Sequence record: DRR723986_1326
Direction: 5' to 3' (one strand)
DNA: 20,000 bases
Positions 1-6,869 of the stretch are shown here, in pieces. Below the pieces are notes generated by a model. It saw only the letters and a program-made list of their open reading frames with translations, was not told where the DNA came from and made no database searches. Both the position numbers and the translations under genes were made by a program. Positions within the stretch are counted from its first letter, which is position 1. Each line of letters begins with the position of its first letter.

Positions 1-311
1 CTTATGCAGGCAGTTTGCGAGTCTTTGAGCTAGTGCACACACCGGCACACCTGGAATCCGTTGGCGCGGCTCTATGGGCGGCGTCCGCGTTTATCATCCT
101 GGCTTTCTTGGGTGTCTACCTTGTCCAACTGCTGGCCATCAAGACACTTCCTAGCCGATCTCTCAATGCAATGTATGTTCACGCTCTCAACGGGTTTTAC
201 CTCGACACAATCGCACACCGTGTTGCTGCCAAGATCAGTGGCCATGACCTGAAGGTTGCCCCCGCTTACTCATCAAGTGTTTCGTTGACATCCCGGCGGA
301 AGCGTAGTTGA
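1..311 (+). CDS. dabB: 3' end (partial, runs off left edge) of DabB/MpsA-like NuoL/ND5-type membrane subunit of a DAB inorganic carbon transporter
   Basis: The frame is open from the window edge to TGA at 309-311. It encodes a hydrophobic helix (AALWAASAFIILAFLGVYLVQLL) followed by 'MYVHALNGFYLD', which resembles the C-terminal motif of DabB-type subunits. It lies 65 bp upstream of a DUF2309 gene, the usual dabB-dabA order. Confidence 0.8.
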   Translation, partial: YAGSLRVFELVHTPAHLESVGAALWAASAFIILAFLGVYLVQLLAIKTLPSRSLNAMYVHALNGFYLDTIAHRVAAKISGHDLKVAPAYSSSVSLTSRRKRS

Positions 312-376
312 GCCGCCCTTGATCGCCCAACACTTTGAAAGCCCAAACATCCCCCAAGTCCTAGGAAACTCTCACC

Positions 377-2959
377 ATGATCGACAAATGCTGGGAAACC
401 GAAAGCGAATCATTCACCGGCGGACAAGTGGCCACACAACCGCGCAGCTCCATTCCAACCAAGTCAGTGCCCAAACCCACGCAATCCTCGGCTGAAAAAA
501 TGAAGAAATCACTCCCGAACGCCTTCAGGGCAATCGCCCCAGCTTGGCCTCTGAAGGACATGGTGGCTGTGAATCCGTTTACGGAGTTGGCTGATCGCAA
601 CCTATTCGAGCTCCATAGCGAGCTGCGAACTGTTCGCGACACTCAGCTCCTCATGCCGCTAAGCTACTACCAGGCTCAGTTTGATCACGGTGTTCTAACG
701 AAGGCCAATATCTCACAAGCCTTAACAGAGTGTTCGAAGCAGTTTCCAAATCGTTTCGACGGTATTAGCTGGGAAGCCTTGGAGCTCACCCTTGCCGGTC
801 AGCCGAAAGACGAAGAAGGAGATCGCCAGTTTTTGACAATCGCTGAAGTTGCCGACAAGGCTGCGGAGGCGCCGCACTGGGTTGCTTTGATCATCGACGA
901 TGTGTCAAAGTACTGCGCCGCATACTTCGACGCTGGGCAAGCGATATGGAACGCCGCGCGACCTTCCACCGAAGCTACCAACAACCTATACAGCTCGTGG
1001 AAGCAACTGGCGGAGATTGATCGCCGTCTGGAGGTCTACGGTCTGCCCGGTTTTAGGAAGTTTGTTTCTGATCTTCCCGATACACCTGAGGAAGCAATCG
1101 AGGTCCTAACGAAGGCCTGCGGAGTGCCCGAAGTAGCCACCGAAAAATTCTGGCAGGCGGAGCTCTTCAGCGTTGGTGGGTGGGCTTCGTACGCGAAGTA
1201 CGTCGACCGGATCAACAAAATCGAGAACGTGGAGAATGGAGAGCTGGCGAGCCTGTTGGCAATCCGCCTAGCCTATGACTACGCACTGGTTCACCTTGGC
1301 GCGATCGAGTCCACGGCAATCGCTTGGTCTGCCAAACCGTCTCCGGATTCCGCTGACCACAGCGAAACGAAGATCTGCTACGTACTACAAACCGCTTTGG
1401 AAATCGCTTATCGATCCAAGATGCTCGACGGAGTGCTAGCCGCCCGTCCAAGTTTTCCGACCGGTACCGAGCAAGCGCCGGCGGAGTTCAATCTTGTATT
1501 TTGCATCGATGTGCGCAGCGAGATTATCCGTCGCCATCTGGAAAGCCAGTCCTCAGGACTCAATACATTCGGTTTTGCCGGATTTTTTGGAATCGCCGCT
1601 CAGCATCAATCCCCTGCATCGGCAGCAACGAACCAGTGCCCAGTTCTCCTGGACCCGGCCGTCGTCATTTCCGAATCAGGAGCGTCTGCCGACGAGCTTG
1701 GCAGGCAGCGTTCACGTGGCAAGTTCCTGCTGGAGGGCATCAAACGCCTCCAAGGAGCCGCCGTTTCTGGATTCGCATTTGTGGAATCCTGGGGCTTGAG
1801 CTACTTGCCCAGCATGATCTCGAGTGCGTTTCGGCCGAGTCTTCGGAAGGCAGGTTTAGCAGGCAAGACACCGACCAGCCAAACGACCAGTACTGGTTGC
1901 GATGTTCACCTGCAGGACCTGGAAAACAACAATCTGTCCGTTGAAGCGCAGGCCGACGTAGCCGCGAGCATCTTAAAGCACCTGGGCTTAACCAAGAACT
2001 TCGGAAAACTGTCGGTCTTCTGTGGTCATGGCAGTGCAACTGTCAACAATCCACTTCGTGCCGGACTCGACTGCGGCGCGTGCGGTGGCCACTCCGGTGA
2101 ATCGAATGCGAAGATGGCAGCAACGCTACTGAACTCGCCTGAGGTGCGTAAGATCCTGGCGACAAAGGGCTACTCGATCCCCGACGAAACGCACTTCATG
2201 GCCGCGGTGCACAACACCACGACCGACGAACTAAGATTCCTCGATACGGAGAAGGTTCCTGCAGCACTTGCAAGTGACCTGGCCGCGCTTCAAGCTCACT
2301 GCGATGCCGCGTCGGCACTTGCCAGAGCTGAGCGTGCAAAGAGATTCGTCGATTGCAGTGATGGTGAACAACTGCCTTTGAGAAGCACTGATTGGTCCGA
2401 AGTACGACCGGAATGGGGACTAGCAGGCAATGCGGCCTTTGTCGTCGCACCCCGATGGCGGACCAAACAACTCAAATTAGGCGGGCGTAGCTTCCTGCAC
2501 TCCTACGAGTACGAGCAAGACGAGGGATTCGCAACGCTTGAGCTGATTCTGACTGCGCCGATGGTGGTCACCAACTGGATCAACATGCAGTATTACGCCA
2601 GCGTCGTTGACAACAAGAACTATGGCTGCGGCAACAAGGCAATACACAACGTCGTTGGTAAGATTGGCGTCCAGGAAGGCAATGGAGGGGATCTCCGCAA
2701 CGGCCTTGCGCTGCAGTCCATCCATGACGGGGAAGGGCTACAGCACGAACCGCTTCGGTTGCAAGTGTTTGTCGAAGCACCTCGTGACGCAATCGCGGAC
2801 ATTCTGGGTCGACACGCGCATGTCGAAGACCTAGCCGCCAAGGGTTGGCTGCATTTGCATGCTATCGAATCGGGCGACTCGGAAACTTGCTACCGCTACT
2901 TGGGCAGCGGCCATTGGGATGAAATCCGCTCTCTCGAGCAAACTGCGTCGGCGAATTAG
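377..2959 (+). CDS. dabA: DabA/MpsB (DUF2309/UPF0753) beta-carbonic-anhydrase-like subunit of the DAB inorganic carbon pump
   Basis: 860-aa ORF with family motifs IAPAWPL..MVAVNPF, FCIDVRSE (C376/D378), CGHGS (H551), LDCGACGG (C566), DWSEVRPEWGLAGNA, GRSFLHSY, TAPMVVTNWINMQYYAS and HEPLRL. AGGA at 363-366 is a plausible RBS. Confidence 0.95.
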   Translation: MIDKCWETESESFTGGQVATQPRSSIPTKSVPKPTQSSAEKMKKSLPNAFRAIAPAWPLKDMVAVNPFTELADRNLFELHSELRTVRDTQLLMPLSYYQAQFDHGVLTKANISQALTECSKQFPNRFDGISWEALELTLAGQPKDEEGDRQFLTIAEVADKAAEAPHWVALIIDDVSKYCAAYFDAGQAIWNAARPSTEATNNLYSSWKQLAEIDRRLEVYGLPGFRKFVSDLPDTPEEAIEVLTKACGVPEVATEKFWQAELFSVGGWASYAKYVDRINKIENVENGELASLLAIRLAYDYALVHLGAIESTAIAWSAKPSPDSADHSETKICYVLQTALEIAYRSKMLDGVLAARPSFPTGTEQAPAEFNLVFCIDVRSEIIRRHLESQSSGLNTFGFAGFFGIAAQHQSPASAATNQCPVLLDPAVVISESGASADELGRQRSRGKFLLEGIKRLQGAAVSGFAFVESWGLSYLPSMISSAFRPSLRKAGLAGKTPTSQTTSTGCDVHLQDLENNNLSVEAQADVAASILKHLGLTKNFGKLSVFCGHGSATVNNPLRAGLDCGACGGHSGESNAKMAATLLNSPEVRKILATKGYSIPDETHFMAAVHNTTTDELRFLDTEKVPAALASDLAALQAHCDAASALARAERAKRFVDCSDGEQLPLRSTDWSEVRPEWGLAGNAAFVVAPRWRTKQLKLGGRSFLHSYEYEQDEGFATLELILTAPMVVTNWINMQYYASVVDNKNYGCGNKAIHNVVGKIGVQEGNGGDLRNGLALQSIHDGEGLQHEPLRLQVFVEAPRDAIADILGRHAHVEDLAAKGWLHLHAIESGDSETCYRYLGSGHWDEIRSLEQTASAN

Positions 2960-2983
2960 GCGCGGTAACTCGCTAGCAATTGA

Positions 2984-3015
2984 CGACGCCGAATCCATCG
3001 GCGTCGATTTCTTCT
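2984..3015 (+). terminator. Probable intrinsic terminator after dabA
   Basis: Perfect 9-bp stem CGACGCCGA (2984-2992), loop ATCCA, TCGGCGTCG (2998-3006), followed by ATTTCTTCT. It begins 24 nt after the dabA stop. Confidence 0.65.
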
Positions 3016-3409
3016 AGTCCGCTGTAAGACAAGGATGTCGCGAAACGCCGTATTGCGTATCGGCTGAATCTTGCGGCAAGCAGCAACGTCAAGTCTGGTG
3101 GCACCCGCCAGAGGTCGGCTGACCACTGGTTCGTGCTGCAACCGGCACAGGCATGGGAGCCGCCTGCGTCACGACCAATCCGAAAAATCGGCAAAGGCGG
3201 ACGACCTTGCCGCGATGCTACGAAATTCACCGAGCTGTTTATTCACGCTTCGCCGGTAAGCATAAAGTAAGCTTTAGCCCCCAATTTTCATGGGGAAGCC
3301 CCACCCCCTCAACTGGGGCTAGCCGCATGATTGCATCGTTGACAGCCAGGCGGGCTGCCAACACAAGTCCTTTGTAACCAACAACCTTTCGATGAAGAGT
3401 CTCTAGAAC

Positions 3410-5509
3410 GTGAGCAATTACGAATCGGAAGATCGACGTATTCTGGAAGCGCTGCGGCGTATCGGAATCTGTCTCGACATCACGGTCGATACCGCGGCAC
3501 TGAACCTGGGCGACGTACGCGTCGACGAAGATGACGACCGCCAAAGTCGCCTGTTGGTAGAAGGTGCGCGGCAAGCTGGCATCTACATGACACCTCAAGA
3601 GGATGTCACCAGCCAGGAAGTGTTGAGTTCACTCTCGGAAAGCTTCCCGGTTGTTATCTCACAAGAGGATGGCACCTACTGGGTCTTCGAACAACTCGTT
3701 GGCGGCAAAGTCGAAGCGAGTCGGATTACGACCCGCGTAGAAGTTCAACTGCTTACCGAATCCGACGTAGCCCGCGAACTGAGAACCGAACATCAAGCCT
3801 GGCTTTGCAAGCGGGAACTAGAGTGTTCTACGATGAGCGCCACCGACGAGCATGGTGGGCACGACGATCATCATCACGATCATCCAAAACCACTCTCCCG
3901 ATTCATCGCTCTGCTCAACCTCGACCGGCGCGATATCTGGGCTATCGTTGTGTTCGCCACAGTAGCTGGAGTCCTGGGACTCGCAACACCACTGGCGATT
4001 GAGTCGCTCGTGAACGTTGTGAGCTGGGGCACATACGTTCAACCGCTGCTTGTCTTGGGCTTGATGCTGCTGGCTTGCCTGGGCCTCGCTGGCATCCTGA
4101 AAGTTCTACAAACGGTCGTAGTCGAAATCATTCAGCGTCGACAACTCGTTCGCATTGTCGGTGACCTGGCGCATCGATTCCCACGAGCCTCGCAATCAGC
4201 CCTCAGCGGCATCTATCCTCGCGAGCTGGCGAATCGCGTGTTTGACATCATGACGATTCAGAAGGCCAGCGCGGTGTTATTGATGGATGGTGTCTCAATC
4301 ATCCTGACAACGATCATGGGCTTGCTCTTGCTTGCCTTCTATCACCCATTCCTGCTTGGATTCGATATCGCCCTGTTGTTGTGCATGCTCGGTTTTACAT
4401 GGGCACTGGGGCGTGGTGGGATCCGGACAGCGATTGCAGAATCGATCACCAAGTATCGCATTGCCCACTGGCTGCAAGACGTACTGTCAACACCGGCAGC
4501 GTTTAAGGTGAACGGAGGCGAAACGCTTGCCATCGAACGGGCCAACCGCCTAACAGCGGATTACATCAGTGCTCGACAAAAACAATTCCGTGTAGTTATT
4601 CGCCAAATTGCTTTTGCGATTGGTTTGCAAGTCGTCGCATCAACCGCACTCCTTGGGTTGGGTGGATGGTTGGTGATGAGTCAGGAACTTACGCTTGGCC
4701 AATTGGTTGCTAGTGAACTTGTTGTCACGGTTGTCGTAGGGGCATTTGCCAAGGCAGGTAAATCGCTCGAGAAATTCTACGACTTGATGGCTGGCATTGA
4801 TAAAGTTGGGCACCTGCTCGATATTCCCGTCGACCCGCGTTATGAGATCGGTGAGATTCCCGCGGAACCGGTTGACGTTCACTGGGAAACACTCAATTTC
4901 GCTTTTGCTAACACCGGCAGCTCATGCTCTGTGCCGTCGCACACGGTCGAAGCTGGCACAACACTGGCTATCATCGGAGGCGACCGCACGGGCAAGTCTC
5001 TGTTGATTCGTTCACTTGCTGGTTTGATCAAACCCAAGAACGGCATGGCTCAAATCGGTGGCTTCGACGCCCAGAGAGCATCTTTGGCTGGGTCTGGGCG
5101 ACTGGTTGGTTTGGCAAACCGTGGGGAAATTTTCCACGCCACCATTGAAGAAAACATCGACGTTGGCCGCAGCTTTGTCGGTAACAACCGTGTCCGTGAC
5201 GCTCTTGTCCAAGTCGGGCTATGGGACACGATTATGCGACTTCCAAACGGTCTACAGACTGTTTTGCAAAGCAATGGATCTCCGCTATCGAGCACGCAGA
5301 AGGCGCAGCTCATCATCGCTAGAGCGATTGCCGGCGGGCCAAGTCTGCTGCTGATCGACAGTCTGCTGGACGACCTGACTCCGGAGGTTCGCGAGTCTTT
5401 GTGGAAAACACTCGCCTGCGACGACGCGCCTTGGACCCTGATCTTGGTGACGAACCAGCGATCGATTGCCAACCTGTGTGATAACAAACTCGAACTTCAG
5501 GGAGCTTAA
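3410..5509 (+). CDS. T1SS/HlyB-like ABC exporter (N-terminal accessory domain + transmembrane domain + degenerate NBD)
   Basis: 699 aa with a GTG start. It has an ABC_membrane-type TMD (LGLATPLAIESLVN, LTLGQLVASELVV) and a C-terminal NBD with Walker A-like GGDRTGKS, IFHATIEENI, LPNGLQT, LSSTQ and LLLIDS. It is followed closely by MFP and OMF genes. Confidence 0.9.
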   Translation: MSNYESEDRRILEALRRIGICLDITVDTAALNLGDVRVDEDDDRQSRLLVEGARQAGIYMTPQEDVTSQEVLSSLSESFPVVISQEDGTYWVFEQLVGGKVEASRITTRVEVQLLTESDVARELRTEHQAWLCKRELECSTMSATDEHGGHDDHHHDHPKPLSRFIALLNLDRRDIWAIVVFATVAGVLGLATPLAIESLVNVVSWGTYVQPLLVLGLMLLACLGLAGILKVLQTVVVEIIQRRQLVRIVGDLAHRFPRASQSALSGIYPRELANRVFDIMTIQKASAVLLMDGVSIILTTIMGLLLLAFYHPFLLGFDIALLLCMLGFTWALGRGGIRTAIAESITKYRIAHWLQDVLSTPAAFKVNGGETLAIERANRLTADYISARQKQFRVVIRQIAFAIGLQVVASTALLGLGGWLVMSQELTLGQLVASELVVTVVVGAFAKAGKSLEKFYDLMAGIDKVGHLLDIPVDPRYEIGEIPAEPVDVHWETLNFAFANTGSSCSVPSHTVEAGTTLAIIGGDRTGKSLLIRSLAGLIKPKNGMAQIGGFDAQRASLAGSGRLVGLANRGEIFHATIEENIDVGRSFVGNNRVRDALVQVGLWDTIMRLPNGLQTVLQSNGSPLSSTQKAQLIIARAIAGGPSLLLIDSLLDDLTPEVRESLWKTLACDDAPWTLILVTNQRSIANLCDNKLELQGA

Positions 5510-5511
5510 AC

Positions 5512-6861
5512 ATGAGCAATCAACAAGAATTACTCTGTGCAGATTTCCCAGCTCTCCACTTGGTTCGCACGGGCCGCCGCGTTCGCCTGCTGGGCCGACT
5601 GACTTTGTACGCCTTGATCGCAACCATCATTTTGATGGTTTTCGTTCCCTGGCGGCAAACGGCGCGAGGAACAGGAACAGTCGTGGCAACAGACCCACAA
5701 CAACGCCCACAACCGGTGTTGTGCCCGGCCGAGGGTGTCATCGAGTGGACACGTGAAGACCTTCGCGAAGGGTCGTACGTCGAGAGAGGAGACTTGGTCG
5801 CTCGAATCGCGCCATTCGCAGAAGATACCATCGCGCAGCTACAACAGCAGATTGATACCGTGAAGCTAAAGAAGGAGGCGGCTGAGCTCGCACTCAAAGC
5901 GGCTGAGCTGGCACAGCAGGGTCAGAAGGAGGCAGGCCAGCGATTTAATGAGGCTCTGGACGATGAACTGGAGGCCGCGGAGAGCAAGCTGGAGCAAGTA
6001 AAGAACGATGTTCCGCAAATGCAGGCTGACTTGAATGATAAAATCAACAAGTACAACAACGCTCTCAAGGTAACCCCGCTGACGGTTGCTCGCGAGGAGT
6101 TGTTCTCGATGAGGCAAGAAGTCGATGCGGCGCAGGTGAAACTGGAGAAAGCCAACAACGCCGTACTCCAAGCTAAGGCGGATTTGAGATCCAAGCAAGC
6201 CGACGTTCAAGGCAAGCGACTCGAGATCGAAATCAAGAACAATAAAGCTGACATTGACGTCAGAGAGAAGCAAGACAAGCTGAATTCGATCGTCAACGAG
6301 ATGACAGAGTACCAAAACAAGAAGGATGGGTATCGACTCGACATCACTGCTCCGCGAAGCGGTTTTATTCAGCAATGGACCAGCGTCGTCGGTAGCGACA
6401 TTGTGAAGAAGGGCGATGCGCTCTGCATCATCGTCCCTGAGACAACCGACCTGGCGGTGGAGATGCAGGTTACTGGCAACGACATGCCGCTTATTCACGA
6501 AGGCGATCGCGTCCGACTGCAATTCGAAGGCTGGCCTGCGGTCCAGTTCGTCGGCTGGCCAAGTGTGGCTGTAGGTACGTTTGGCGGTAAAGTCAACCGC
6601 GTCTTCCCAACTGATGATAGCAAGGGGAACTTTCGGGTAGTTGTTACGCCTGACAAGCACTTTGACGGAGAGAGCGATTGGCCGGATAGCCGATACCTTC
6701 GTCAAGGCGTGAGAGCAAACGGATGGGTGCTTCTTAGACAGGTTCCACTTGGATACGAAATATGGCGTCAGTTGAACGGATTCCCACCAGTCGTTTCAGA
6801 CGAAGAGCCAGGAAAGGGCAAGGACGACAAGGGCTCGAAGGTCAAACTGCCAAAGGCCTAG
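5512..6861 (+). CDS. HlyD-family membrane fusion protein (periplasmic adaptor)
   Basis: 449 aa, starting 2 bp after the ABC stop. It has one N-terminal TM helix, lipoyl half-motifs (EGSYVERGDLV; ITAPRSG..VKKGDAL), a long coiled coil and a beta-barrel region (IHEGDRVRLQFEGWP). Confidence 0.92.
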   Translation: MSNQQELLCADFPALHLVRTGRRVRLLGRLTLYALIATIILMVFVPWRQTARGTGTVVATDPQQRPQPVLCPAEGVIEWTREDLREGSYVERGDLVARIAPFAEDTIAQLQQQIDTVKLKKEAAELALKAAELAQQGQKEAGQRFNEALDDELEAAESKLEQVKNDVPQMQADLNDKINKYNNALKVTPLTVAREELFSMRQEVDAAQVKLEKANNAVLQAKADLRSKQADVQGKRLEIEIKNNKADIDVREKQDKLNSIVNEMTEYQNKKDGYRLDITAPRSGFIQQWTSVVGSDIVKKGDALCIIVPETTDLAVEMQVTGNDMPLIHEGDRVRLQFEGWPAVQFVGWPSVAVGTFGGKVNRVFPTDDSKGNFRVVVTPDKHFDGESDWPDSRYLRQGVRANGWVLLRQVPLGYEIWRQLNGFPPVVSDEEPGKGKDDKGSKVKLPKA

Positions 6862-6869
6862 AGAACCGC

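Noticed and set aside
3186-3215. GGCAAA-containing stem resembling the start of a c-di-GMP-I riboswitch
   Set aside because: It lacks the GNRA tetraloop stem and the downstream GCAAAG/receptor elements.
2956-3377. Short ORFs (61-85 aa) in the dabA-ABC spacer as T1SS cargo peptides
   Set aside because: No double-glycine leader, RTX repeat or convincing RBS, and the composition looks non-coding. Ribosome profiling would be needed to exclude them fully.
5866-6705. 279-aa antisense ORF inside the MFP gene
   Set aside because: It is the codon-aligned antisense shadow of a well-supported coiled-coil gene and has no recognisable motifs.
6762-6869. ATG start for TolC giving a 100-nt overlap with the MFP gene
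   Set aside because: It would put the lipobox Cys at residue 71, too far for a normal signal peptide. Downstream TTG starts fit better.
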